Positions 51,571 through 64,000 of a stretch of DNA of 64,000 nt are shown piece after piece. This DNA comes from Heterodontus francisci. Taxonomy: Eukaryota. The position numbers were made by a program, and so were the translations under genes. Below the pieces are notes generated by a model. The model worked only from the letters and a program-made list of their open reading frames with translations, was not told the DNA's origin and ran no database searches. Numbering within the stretch: position 1 is the stretch's first letter; every line of letters begins with the position of its first letter. The DNA lies in contig NC_090387.1 in assembly GCF_036365525.1 (NCBI RefSeq), positions 18,445,766-18,509,765 on the forward strand. The letters run 5' to 3'.

Positions 51571-52669
51571 AATGTCTTCTGGCATTGGAGACAAACGGAC
51601 TTCAGGGCTTTGTATCAAAATACTGGAAATGCAGGTCAGTTAGTCACTGAAAGTGAATAGATAGGTGGATACTTTGACTGGAGTCCTTCATCAGAATGTC
51701 AGGGCACAACTGAACCATTAACCTTTCTCTTTCAGATGTGAATGACCTGAAATTTTTCAACTTTTATTCTCGATTCCCAACATTATTGGCTTCTTTATCT
51801 CTTGCTATTTGAATGCGATGAGTTAAAGAAAGTGATGAGCTTAAGTTCTGTTGCACTGAATGAAAGGCCGGCCTGTTCCTCTCGCATTTGCCAATGTTAT
51901 TTCAAATAATTTTTTTTAAAATGTTCATTCCAAAGGGACTGTATTAATTTCAATACTAAGCATCGCGTAAGACTGACTATATATGTTTCTAATCCTGAAA
52001 CTATTTCCTGTAGTTGAATTGGAATCAACTTGCGGTAAAACTTGTTGAAACTCAGGCAGTTGAATCCTATTTGTTCTGCTCTGGTTGATAATATTTGAAG
52101 GTTGTTGTCTGGGAGTTTGGCCAGGACGTTTACTATCACTGTTGCCTCACTGGTGGACGTGTCCTAAATGGAACACTAAGATTTGTTTGTATCAGCGACT
52201 TGAGATAGATGCAAATTTCTTGGCACATGGGTTAAACTTTATATTGCCTCCAAGAATCTCTACAATCCACAAAGACAAAAAAAAACCTGGACATCCCATG
52301 CACTCGAGCTTGAATATCATGTACCATGCAGTTGTATGCCAACAGTTCCCCACACAGTGATTTCCTGAATTCAGCTGAGCTGTCAATGGTAGTTTAGATG
52401 ATGTTGAGTACCTCCAACCACCCACTTCCCCTATAAGAAGGTAAAAAAATCACAATAAGTGTCTCCTAAGACACTCTTGTGTACCTCATGGTTAGTATTC
52501 ACAAAGCAACGTTGCTTTGCAGGTCTTCATGCAGGGTTTTTATATGATAATTAATGAAAATGTAATTACTTTAAAATTGTGAATAACTGACAATATTATG
52601 CCAAACTATCAGTATAGTACAGCTGTGATTTCTAGTCTATATTAATGTGTGCAATTTCCTGCACAATTA

Positions 52670-53092
<423 letters not shown>

Positions 53093-53445
53093 CTAGGAAT
53101 GAGTGAAACACTAGAATAGCCAGCCAAATCTGAATTTTGGTAGCGGAATAATGTTGGGCTAGGTCCAAGCTTTTCTGTGCTTAATCCAGGCTAAAAAGAT
53201 ATTGATTCCTTTCTAAAGTTACAGTATTCATCATCCCTCTTTACTGGTGGAAATTTCAGATTGAGCCAACTCTTCAGTTTCTTGTTAGTTTCCAATTACT
53301 CATTTGTTAGCTTTACAGATGGCCCCTTGAATTCAGTGGATGAGATGGAACCAAATCTCCAGTTACCTAAGACTGATTCCCACATATCCCAGAACAAGCT
53401 TCACATATAGCTCTATGCTCTGGCTCCTATTCCCTTTTATTAACA

Positions 53446-53642
53446 TAAAAGCAAAATACTGCGGATGCTGGAAATCTGAAACAAAAACAAGAAATGCTGG
53501 ATTCACTCAGCAGGTCTGGCAGCATCTGTGGAAAGAGAAGCAGAGTTAACGTTTCGGGTCAGTGACCCTTCTTCGGAACCGAAGAAGGGTCACTGACCCG
53601 AAACGTTAACTCTGCTTCTCTTTCCACAGATGCTGCCAGACC
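53446..53642. mobile_element. Penelope pseudo-LTR insertion forming a perfect inverted repeat (arms 53513-53576 and 53579-53642)
   Basis: The arms are exact reverse complements around an AA loop and match the pLTR at 18070-18155; flanking direct repeat CCCTTTTATTAACA (53432-53445, 53641-53654). Confidence 0.9.
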
Positions 53643-53964
53643 CTTTTATTAACACTTTGTCCTGTCATAAAAATGTCGCCACTATTGATTTTTTTTGGTC
53701 TTTGGTGACTTTTGAAGACAGACTCAAATTCTAGTAACTTTTTCCACACCATCTACCCCAAAGTAAAGCACGACAGGATTTGCTCTAACACGCCTCTGTT
53801 CTCAATTTAAATAACTCTATTTGCAGGCGTCTGACAAAGTGGGACGTTATTTTAGTCTCAGGTGGATCACTACCAAAGTGACATTGCTTGGCAAAGACTC
53901 GCACACTGGCGCAGGCCTTTTGCTCCTTCCTTGCAGATTTGGATGCTTCACCTGAGGTATAAAT

Positions 53965-54295
53965 ACAACGAACAAAGAACAGTACAGCACAGAACAGGCC
54001 ATTCGGCCCTCCAAGCCTGCACCGATCTTGATGCCTGCCTAAACTAAAACCTTCTGCACTTCCGGGGACCGTATCCCTCTATTCCCATCCTATTCATGTA
54101 TTTGTCAAGATGCCTCTTAAACGTCGCTATCGTACCTGCTTCCACCACCTCCCCCGGCAGCAAGTTCCAGGCACTCACCACCCTCTGTGTAAAGAACTTG
54201 CCTCGCACATCCCCTCTAAACTTTGCCCCTCTCACCTTAAACCTATGTCCCCTAGTAACTGACTCTTCCACCCTGGGAAAAAGCTTCTGGCTATC
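53965..54295 (-). mobile_element. Young CR1 3' fragment
   Basis: ORF 54044..54271 RGHRFKVRGAKFRGDVRGKFFTQRVV; (gaacaaa) tail. Confidence 0.85.
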
Positions 54296-54774
54296 TAATG
54301 TGACTATCTGACTATCTAATCAAATGTGACCAAAACGGTGAGGATGAAAGAAAGATAGCTACAAGCCAGAATAAAAGCTGAACAATAAAAGGAAATTCAC
54401 ATTAATAGAGGAAAATCAGAAGAGTAAAATGACAATAAAGGAAACAGACAAGGCTTCTGATGACTCAGTCTGCAAAGACTTGGTGCAGAATATTTGCATC
54501 CGAAATTAAATAATTTACTTCCACTGCTTCACTAAGTACTTACAGGAAAGTTAATGAATACTTTTGCTACTATTGCATTTTAGCAAAAGAAAACCACAAG
54601 CTTAAAGTAATGCAAGGTCAAACTTAATGCTTCTTCTGAATAGACCAATGGTGCTTTTTTTCATTTGACTACGCAATAAGTCTTTGAATGCACCAAGCCA
54701 GTCCCAGCTTTGATCCCCAGCCTGTAGCTGAGTTAATATCCAGTAGGATTGCTACACTCTGTCTCCATCACTGG

Positions 54775-55625
54775 GGCTGGTTGGCATCCTTCCATTTACG
54801 AAAAATGATGGCGTGCCTCCTCTTGGTGCACCTTTGTTGATGGCTGTGAAGGCCAATCCTTGAGAGGCAGGTTCTACCACAAGTGCTGCACGAGAAGCTG
54901 CCAAGTGATGCTGTGAGTTGTTGTATTTGATGTTGGCACCTGTTGCCAAGCTGCTGTAGCAACTGGTCATCATGGTAGTGCACACCAGTCCACAGGATGT
55001 GTCGCCATTTCCCTCTTTCACCAACTAATGATTCCCAGGTGTGATAGTTGACCTTTAGGTTCTTCATGTCTCACTTGTAAGCATCCTTGAAGCGGAGCTT
55101 TGGGTGCCCCACTGGCTGTCTGGCCCCAGCTATCTCACCATCCTTGGGTATTCGACCGTCTTCCATCTTGCGCACGTGTCCGATCTACCAAAGCTGTCTC
55201 TGTTTCATTAGTGCCAACACTCTTGGGAGCTCTGCCTTTGAAAGGACTGCCACATTTGTGCTTTTGTCCTGTCAGGATATACCCATAATGTGCTGCAGAT
55301 AGCTGTAATATAAGGTTCTGAACGGGTCGAACTTGACAGTGTAAAGTGTACCACCCTTCATGATGATGTAAAAGATCATGTGGGAGAGACTCAAGAACAG
55401 ATACTGCGAGGCTTTTGAAGGAGTCACATAGGCTAGTGTGGAGTATTATATAGTTATTATGAAATAAATATTAATGTTTAAATACAACAGTCTAAGAGCT
55501 GAACCAAACATATAACAACAGCGAAGATGGAAATTATTGAGGTTCTTTTCCTGGTAGCTGTAAGTCGCCCATGTTTCACAGTCATACAGCAAGGTGCTGA
55601 GAACACAGGCCTTATAAACCAGCAC
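54775..55625 (-). mobile_element. RTE-clade LINE 3' fragment, interrupted by a solo LTR
   Basis: VYKACVLSTLLYDCETW…LNNFHLRC (RT C-terminus) and C-terminal FSCSTCGRTCLSRIGLHSHQQRC zinc finger, typical of RTE. Confidence 0.8.
55304..55517. mobile_element. Short solo LTR (214 bp) inside the RTE fragment
   Basis: TGTAATATA…TATAACA termini, 5-bp TSD-like ATAGC/ACAGC; removing it restores the RTE frame (FHLRC|LQHIMGISWQDK). Confidence 0.7.
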
Positions 55626-56779
55626 TGGGGCGAGGCCAAGAAAAATAAGCTGGGGTTCTAGCTCCTGATTACCATCCAGTTCCCCTTGCTTGAAAAGTTC
55701 AAATGTGTAGACATCAGGTGATGGGAAGACTGGGCTGACGGTGACCTCCGTGGTCAAATATTCCATGGACACACATCGCCTAGTCTAACATGATGATTGG
55801 TTGCATGGGTGAGATACCAAAGGGTATCTGATGCCTGTGGCAAGAGTCTGCACCATCAGGGGAAGGAGGGAAGGGGAAGGACTTCCTTTTAAGGCAGATA
55901 AAAAGTAAATGATAGTTGGCATTATGAAAATTTTTAATAAGGACATAGCATAAAAATAGATGCAGGAGTCAGTCATTTAGCTCCTTGACCCTCGACATTC
56001 AATAAGATCCTACCTGCCCTATCCACATATCTCTCAATTTCCTTTGTGCCCAAAGATTTATCATTCTCATTTTGAATATACTCTTTACTGAGCATTCACA
56101 CCCCTCTGGGGTAGAGAAATCCAAAGATTCACAACCATCTGAGTGAAAAGATTTCTCGTCATCCCAGTCCTAAATGACCGACCCTTATCCTGAGACTATG
56201 ACCCCTAGTTCTATACTCTCTGGCCAAGGGAAACAGCCTCTCAGCACATATCCCAACAAACCCTCTCAGAATGATTGTTGAGTATGTCCTCAGAAAGAAA
56301 GCACTTATGGTGGGGGTAGGGGTACTGATTTTAACATTTCCAAGTACTGGGGTCAACAGAGGTCATGGGAAAACTAGGAACTCCCCACTGGGAAAACTGC
56401 CATCTCTGACTGGGCAGTTTGGTTGTTCCATTGTACGGTTTTCTATGCTGTTTGGTTGTATCTTGTCTTATTTTCCTATCAATTAAATTTTCAAGAAGGC
56501 GGGCAGAAATATGCTGTAGCATTCTGTTAAATAATTGATTGTGCTATTTTGCAAAGGATGCATTCATTCAAATAAATAATTGTTATAATATACAATTTGA
56601 TTTCCATTCTTGATTAATTTACTTCACTCTGGGATCCTCTCCTGTCACAGCTTGATAGGGTTTTAATTTGTTTTCCAGTTGTTAGCCAGTCAGAGGAGAT
56701 TGCTTGTGGCTGACGAATATCTGCAATTTTAGGGAGCTGCTGCTTTAACTTGCCTTCCCCCTGTACCGCCTCTCTCTTT

Positions 56780-57525
56780 TTGAGTTGGTTTTTATGGGCC
56801 CTCCTGAGACGCGGCCAGAGGCAGTGATGGGGAGGGTCACGGAGAATCCGATGTGTGGTGGGGCGGGGGGGGTGGCGGAGGGCCCATTGTCTCCGCGTCG
56901 ATCGTACTGGGTGAAGGATAGGCCGACAACGGCCTTCCTGCCCAGAGGCCAATTGAGGCCTTTAAGTGGCCTGCTAATGGCCAATTAAAGGCCTCTTCCC
57001 TGAGCTGCTGGGATTTTACAAGCAGTGGAGGTCCTCTGCCAGGTTGGGATGGTGCCTTGTAAAATGAGGCACTCTCTCTCTGGGCTTTGGGGGTGGGGTG
57101 GGGGTGGGGGGGGGGTCCCTCCTCCGGGAGCAATCTGTGGCCCGTAGAGCACCTCTGCCAGGAGCCACTTTACCGCCCCCCCCCAGGACTCCAGTCCTCC
57201 CAGTGCCCTTCTGGACTGGCCCCGGCGATCCTGCCTCACCTACCTCTGGTCCAGGGTTCCAGCACTGCCCCTGGATCCAAGGCATCTGCAGTACTGGCAG
57301 TGGCCACCGTACCTGGTGGCGTTGTCGATACTGCTGAGCTGCCAGTCCTGTGGTTGGCCGGCAGCTGATGGAGGTGAGATCCCCATCTTTAAAGGGACCG
57401 GCTCATGAAACTTTGTTGCAAAAATACTGGAGGATTGCTCCAGGGAGGCAGGAAAAGGCCGAGGCAGGGCTCCCCTGCCTTTTTGGCCCAGTGCCAGGAG
57501 CCCCACCTCCTACACAAAATCCACC
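56780..57525. mobile_element. Harbinger-like MITE, degenerate
   Basis: Ends caaaatccaccc; internal ccaattgaggc…aagtggc…aatggccaattaaaggcctcttccc shared with 19390-19440. Confidence 0.55.
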
Positions 57526-59377
57526 CTTTGTGTCTGTGTAGGCTTGCTTCACTCAGATGGTCCCGACATTTTGTATTATATACCTCTTTGCTGTTGAATG
57601 CTGTAGTCTGATGCTGCAACTGGACATCCCGTCCTCCACTCTCAATATTCTGTCCTCTTGAAGATGCCAACTCATGCTGGAGTACAGCCACCCTCCGATA
57701 TCTCTTCTCGCTGGCTATACTTCACATGACAGCCTCGGCCATGAGTGCAGGAAGGCTGTTGGATTACAGGAGGCACCCATTGCTGAGCCTGACCGTCCCT
57801 CATCCACCAGCCATGCGCACACACACATAGTCACTGGGAGCTGGAACTTTCTACTGCCCAGCTAATTGCATTGTAGCACCCAAACTGCTAGAGATTGTTG
57901 AGTTCCGCGTAGACTTTGGATTGAACCTGGGACTGATCACTTCAGTATCACACCATGTAGTTCATTTACCTGTCAATCAGATGAGCTCTCGTCTAGAATC
58001 TAATGCTCTTCCTCGAGAGGTGCAATAAAGTATCAATGGGAAAGAAAGCAATTCTTTGGGAAGGGGAATATTGTGGATGTTGACTCTTCTTGTTGTGGTA
58101 AAAGTCCTTTATTTCTCCCTCCCACCCACTTTTCATTCCAACATCATTCAAGAAAAGAAAATCCTCTTTGATACTAGGCTTGTTCACCGAAGCACTAGCT
58201 ATATATCTACAGTACATCAAGTGTTCTCCATACTGTTAGTGGCGACCCAACTTATAATGGCTCTCTGTTCCAACAGGTGCTCACAAGCCTGCCACACTGC
58301 TTCTATATTTGAATAAATGATCAAACTTGCCTTTATCCATCTTGTATTTTGCATCCTGGCCTGGATATTAGGATTTTGCTGCTTTTAATTGTGAAGGGGA
58401 CTTCTATTGGGCCTTTTTGCACCCACTGCCAGGCAGGGAGGAGAATCCTGTCTGAAACTGGTAGCTCACAGATGTGCAGAAGCAGCCTGGAAGTAAAGCC
58501 CCCTCTGCATCCACCTCAGCCTGACTGAGATAGACACATCTCCAATCTCTTCCTCCATCACCCTTTCAGTTGCTGCATTCCCGATCATAACACACGTCAT
58601 TTAAAAAAAGTCTCCTCATTCCAATCCCCTCCCCCCACCTCCGCCCCTGGTTCTTTTGCCAATTATCTTAAATCTGTGTCCTCTGGTTATCAACCCTTCT
58701 GCTGAAGGAAAGTTTCCTCCCTTCCTACTCTTGCCAAAACACCTTCATAATTGTAAACAAATGAATAATTTAGGGTGGTAACTGAATTAAGCAGTTATTA
58801 GGTTGGTCAAACCCATTGCAGGTTAGTGCCACTCTGCCCGAAGTAAAATGATGAGCAACTCTTGCAAAAAACTTTATATCACAGCTGAGTCTGGTCCTGT
58901 CCATATTCGCACTGTCCAACAGTGTGTCACTGAATGGCCATCGAGTGGGAGCCGTGGGCACTTGTTTGTGTTGTAAATGCTGTTATGGTTGAATCTCTCG
59001 GTGAGTACATTGTGGAGACAAAACACAGGGAAAGGGTTAATTTGAAAGAGGGAACTTTTGGAGCCAGGCCACAATCATTTGACTAAGAAGCACATTTCCA
59101 GATAAGTCCTGAATTTCAATATGGTTTACAAGCAGGAGCTCTTTAACAACCATTTCTGTTACTGATTTGATGAAAAGGAAAAATACCAGTTTATTCAATC
59201 TTTTCTTATATTTCTGCTTCTTGCTAAAACCCAGACTCTAGCCCGATGTGGCAGTCTGCTTATTCAATAATTGTAGATGGGGCCTGCTAGATTGATGCAC
59301 TCTGAAAGGGATTGTAGTTTGTGTTCATATTTTTCATCTTCTATGTTTTTAAATAACAACTTGCTTTTATATAGCAG

Positions 59378-60127
59378 TGTCATGAAAACGCGCTAGGTCG
59401 AATGATGATTTTTTTTCACCCATCGGCTGGAAACCTGAATATTAAACTGGTGGGGACGAACCGCTCAAACCTTGCAAGCTTTGAACCGGGTCTGCTGACT
59501 GTAATTATTTACATAAGCCTGAGGAGGGAGCTAGAGAGAGAGCGAACTTTCTGGAAAGAACAGAAGAAGCCTCCTTCAGTTACACAATAGAGAATTTTCT
59601 GGAAAGAGCAGACAGATACCTCCTTCAGCTACACAGGAGAGAACTTTCTGAAAAGAACAGGCAGAGACCTCCCTTGAAGCAATTCAGCTGCATTGCTGTC
59701 TCCTGGAGAACTACTGAATCAGCATCCAGCACTTCAAACCGGAAGCCTCATGACCACCAAATTCAGCCTGAAGCCAGCTGAGTCACCAACCTCCACAGAC
59801 TGTAGACCCCTTTTATTTCTCTCGACTCTAATTCAACCAATCTATCCTTCCCCACTCTGTAACTTATTTGTGTATGCGTGTGTGAAAGTTGGAGCGTAAT
59901 TTAATTATTTTTACTTAGATCTGTTTATGTACAATAAAGTTAACCTCTTTCTTTGTTAAACTTGAGAAAACCTGTCTAATTGGCTCTTTTATGATCATGG
60001 TGTATAAACAGTTAACCACTCACTGAGTTGGCAAGTATATGCACTTAAAAGGAAATAAATCTGTTGTGGTCAAACAATGAGAGGGAAAAGAGGGGAGCCG
60101 TTCAACCCCTCCTCACCCAATTGCAAA
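59378..60127 (+). mobile_element. Solo LTR (~750 bp) inserted in an L2-type 3' end
   Basis: Starts TGTCATG, flanked by a GCAG/AGCAG duplication, internal AATAAA at ~59933; host tail ttttatatagcag|ctttaacat rejoins. Confidence 0.65.
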
Positions 60128-60619
60128 GCAGCTTTAACATAAAATATCACAAGGTGCTTCACAGGAGTGTTATTAAGCCAAATTTGACGCTATGGCACAT
60201 AAGGAGATATTAGGACAGGTGACCAAAAACTTGGTCAAAGAGGTAGATTTTAAGGACCATCTTTCAAGGAGAAGAGAGAGAAGTAGAGAGAAGAAAAAAC
60301 TTAGGGAAGGAATTCCAGATCAAAAGGCCTAGGCAACTGAAGGCATGGCCACCAATGTGGGAGCAGTAAAAATTGGGAATGTGCAAGAGGCCAGAATTGG
60401 AGGAGCACAGAGAACTTGGGATGCTTGTAGTGCCGGAGAAGTTTACAGAGATATAGAGGAGTAGGGCCATGGGGGGATTTGAAAACTAGGATGATAATTT
60501 TTTAAATCGAGTTGTTGGCGGAGCCAGTGTAGTTCTGAGAGCTGTCGGGTGATGGGTGAACGGGAATTAATCCAAGTTGGGATATGGGCAAAGCATGGAG
60601 AATTAATTGTAGGAAGTAG

Positions 60620-61255
60620 TAACATAGGAAATAGGCGCAGGAGTAGGCCATTCGGCCCATCGAACCTGTTCTGCTATTCAAACAGATCATGGCTGATCAT
60701 CTATCTCGACGCCATTTTTCCCCATTATCCCCATATCCTTTGATGTCGTTAGTATTCAGAAATCTATCGATTTCTGTCTTGAACATGCTCAAAAGATTGA
60801 ACTTCCACAGCCCCCTGGGGTAGAGAATTCCAAAGATTCACCATCCTCTGAGTAAAGAAATTTCTCCTCATCTCAGTCTTAAATGGCCTGCCCCTTATTC
60901 TGCGACAGTGTAACCTTGTTCTAGACTCACCAGCCAGAGGAAACATCCTATCCACATCTACCCTGTCGGCCCTGTAAGAATTTTGTAAGTTTCAATGAGA
61001 TCACTTCTCATTCGTCGAAACTCTAGAGAATGCAGGCCTAGTTTCTGCAATCTCTCCTCATAAGACAATCCCGCCATCCCAGGGATTAGTTTGGTCAACC
61101 TCCGCTGCACTCCCTCTATGGCATCTAAATCCTTCCTTAGATAAGGAGACCAAACCTGTACACAATACTCCAGGTACGGTCTCACCAAGGCTCTGTACAA
61201 TTTCAGCACAACTTATTTACTCCTGTACTCAAATCCCCTTGCAATGAAGGCCATT
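60620..61255 (-). mobile_element. CR1 3' fragment
   Basis: ORFs 60958..61209 (YRALVRPYLEYCVQVWSP) and 60764..60955. Confidence 0.85.
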
Positions 61256-62078
61256 TGTAAAGCAGGTTATTCAATTATTTGTGAACTATTGATATACTGA
61301 GATCATCACCTGTTCATGCTTGTTTTTTGATAACTGGAATATGGTCAAAATCACATCAGTGGCAATTGAGAAAGAGTCCGCAGAGGAAGGAATGTTGATA
61401 AGTGAATACAATGCAGGATACCCACGAGAATTGGCCAGATTATTAACGGAATATTATGAGTAATGTCCCCCCACATCCCTCCCACATGTCTCAAAATGGG
61501 AACGCCTTTTGAGAGAAGGGAAGAAAACCGATGACAGCAAAAAAAGAGATTAAATGGAAGATGTGATGCTTGGTGCAACCAGCGTTATTGGTGACATAAT
61601 TGTGTAACCCTGACTAAAGTGGCAATTTGCCAAAGAATGCCCATTAAGTACAGAAGCAAAATACCCTTTTTTGTTCCAATTTCTCAGACAAGTCTTTTGT
61701 TGACCTCTATTTTACACATTCAGAAACATGAGGGGAGAATTTGTAAGTATTAACTATTGCACAGTAAATAATTAAACCCTAGCATGGACCCAACATTGAC
61801 AAGGTGACTCAAAATGACTGCTGAACTTGATCTCGTTAATAGCGCAACCTTAAGAGGCCCTGACTGGCACTGCGCTAAAATTGGTCCCCTGACGTAGTAT
61901 TTAAAAATAAATTCTTATTAAATCGATCAGGTTCTCTATCCACAGCTGCATTGATACCAGGAGCTGTGTGGGTTGGGTGTTTATCAATGGCTGACACAGT
62001 CCCTCTGTTTAAATCTCACTTTTTCACAATTCTAAGGCAACATTTTTGAATGTGGATTTGGAGACACTTTACCCTTAC

Positions 62079-62098
62079 CTTGATAACGAAGAATTCAT
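62079..62098 (-). CDS. CIBAR2: CIBAR2 exon 1 coding part, MNSSLS(R)
   Basis: aaaATGAATTCTTCGTTATCAAG|gtaagg on -; the phase-2 end fits exon 2; resembles FAM92B MNIVFSR. Confidence 0.82.
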
Positions 62099-62224
62099 TT
62101 TTCCAGAAATGTTCTGAGCGTGCTTTTTCTTTTTAAGAAATAATTTCCTCCCTTATTTAAACAGCTGACAATGCCAGCCCGTTCTCAGAGGAAGGTTAAC
62201 CTTGCCTACGTTTTGGTGTCCCTG

Positions 62225-62246
62225 GTTGTTATAGTGACGGCAAACA
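62225..62246. promoter_or_regulatory. RFX X-box-like site plus adjacent forkhead (FOXJ1-type) motif upstream of the CIBAR2 ATG
   Basis: GTTGTTATAGTGAC (rc GTCACTATAACAAC, one mismatch to GTYRCYATRGYAAC) at 62225-62238 and GCAAACA at 62240-62246, ~130 nt 5' of the ATG. Confidence 0.6.
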
Positions 62247-62289
62247 CAAGGCAGTCATCTCCTTTATTGCTAATTATTTCTCACAAAGA

Positions 62290-62305
62290 TCACTAGATGG
62301 CAGCA
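62290..62305 (+). promoter_or_regulatory. CTCF-like motif
   Basis: TCACTAGATGGCAGCA resembles the CCASYAGRKGGCRSY consensus. Confidence 0.45.
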
Positions 62306-62459
62306 AAGAACTACTGTGCTTCTCAGTTATGTATTTTACAAACATTTTTTTAGTAAATGTTGAGAGTCCTGCACTTAAGTGCAGCATTGGAAGGTTCCAA
62401 TCTCATGCAGCTCAATTTTCTTTTTTGTAATGCTTTTATGCAGCCTAAACTTTTCTTGT

Positions 62460-63000
62460 ATAGAAGCTTGGTTAGCCCACATTGGGGGCACTGTGAACAG
62501 TTCTGTCCTCCAGATAACAAAAGGATATAGAAACACTGGAGCTGCTGCAACAATTATTTTTAAACTAGATCACTATGAGAACAGAGAGGTTATATACCTA
62601 TCAAGAAAAATTAAACAGGCTGTGATTCTCCTTTTCTGGAAAAGAGAAGACTGAGGGGTGAGCTGGGTGAGGTCTTCAGGACGATGCAAGGAGGGATGTT
62701 TCCACTTGCAGGGGAGATCAGAATGAGGGGCCATAAATATAACATAGTCACTAATAAGTTAAATAGGGAATTTCTTTACCCAGAGAGTGGTCAGAATGTA
62801 CTACCGGAAGGAATAGTTGAGGTGAATAGCGTAGATACGTTTAATGGAAAGTTAAATAAACACACGAGGGAGAAAGGAATAGAAGGCAGTGTTGATGGGG
62901 TTAGATGAAGTAGGATTGGAAGAGGTTTGTGTGGAGCATAAACATCAGCATTGATCTTTTGGGTCAAATAGCCTGTTTCTGTACTGTACATTCTAAGTAA
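62460..63000 (+). mobile_element. CR1 3' fragment upstream of CIBAR2
   Basis: ORF 62684..62908 FPLAGEIRMRGHKYNIV; typical CR1 3'UTR. Confidence 0.7.
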
Positions 63001-64000
63001 TATTTTTCTTTCCAAGTTGCAGTGACTTAATGCGATGAATGAAGACACAGCACCCTTTTGTGAAACTGTCAACAGCAGAGCAGCCTCTCAATCATTGGAG
63101 AGGTAGAATCCTGTTCTCTGACAGCCACTACAAATCCTCACTAGGTTGCATTTTATGTATTTTTGTTAACACAATAGGATCTACATTTTGTCTTAAACTT
63201 TTATAAGTATCAAACCTGGGCCAATCTAGGATTGGACTGTACAGCTCGGGGACAAACTAGGCATTGAACCTATTGATTGTAAAATACAAACGCGAGAGCA
63301 ATCAGGCACCTAAAAATCATTTCATCAGCTAATACTATTACTGAACACTGTAACTCACTCATAAGGATGAACTCGTAACTTAAAGAGCGAGTCCTGCCAT
63401 CAGCACCACTTAAATAAAAGTTACGAAGTGTGATTAAAACTCTCGCTGGTTTATTTCTGTGATGAATTGGAACTCTGGGGAATTAGTGCACGTGAAAGAG
63501 AGACAGGGAAAGGAAGGACAAAAATAAATTGAATTAGTCAGTACAGATAGAATAATGTTTCAGTGGCTTTGTTGCTCTAACTATTGAAGTTCATTGTCCT
63601 TTGTACTAATGCTGGGCTCAGTAACTTCACCAGACTCACCTTTTTCTCTAATTCTTTTAGGATGGCCAACCTTCCAGGATAGTCCTGTCTTTAAGAATTA
63701 AGGATTAATCTCCTGGACTCTGCTGCAAGCAACCCAGGAGTAAAAAATGATAGGAAATCTTTTTTATTAAATTTCTTTGCACATTTTTATTTATTATTTA
63801 TAAAATAATTGGAGAAGGACTGATAGTCAAGAACCAACCAATCGGATAATGAAAGGTCTGTTTGTTCCCCAAATGGCTGTGGGAAGCCGGGGTGCAGGGT
63901 GATGGACATGTCAGACGACCAATGGCTTAAGTGTGGGGCGGTTGGAGGCAAGGTCACGTGATGAAACCTTATTGAATACAGTCAAATTTGGCAACACTAA

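Noticed and set aside
53513-53642. Hairpin as a microRNA precursor
   Set aside because: A perfect stem, 2-nt loop, clear Penelope pLTR identity and flanking duplication point to a transposon rearrangement.

Overview
Eukaryotic, repeat-rich vertebrate DNA, most likely a cartilaginous fish (shark/ray), judged from HE1/V-SINE-like and Deu-domain SINEs and abundant CR1, L2, Penelope and RTE retroelements. It holds two convergent, intron-rich ciliary transition-zone genes. (1) On +, the last 7 coding exons (2655-18627) of a meckelin/TMEM67-family gene that looks too divergent to be the TMEM67 orthologue and is probably a paralogue. (2) On -, a complete CIBAR2/FAM92B gene (62098->29593, 9 coding exons, 296 aa as assembled by hand), with a U12-type minor-spliceosome intron, a 6-nt microexon, a candidate extra 15-nt microexon and an RFX/FOX/CTCF-like proximal promoter. 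Most ORF-track entries are transposon fragments or spurious. Other structures: a perfect 64-bp-arm Penelope-derived palindrome with hammerhead-like cores, a family of GGGC-ended Harbinger-like MITEs, two solo LTRs, a G-rich 35-bp minisatellite and an exact 51-bp direct repeat. No CRISPR, rRNA or genuine tRNA was seen. All homology calls come from recalled sequences and motifs, not database searches. Repeat boundaries are approximate unless a TSD is given.
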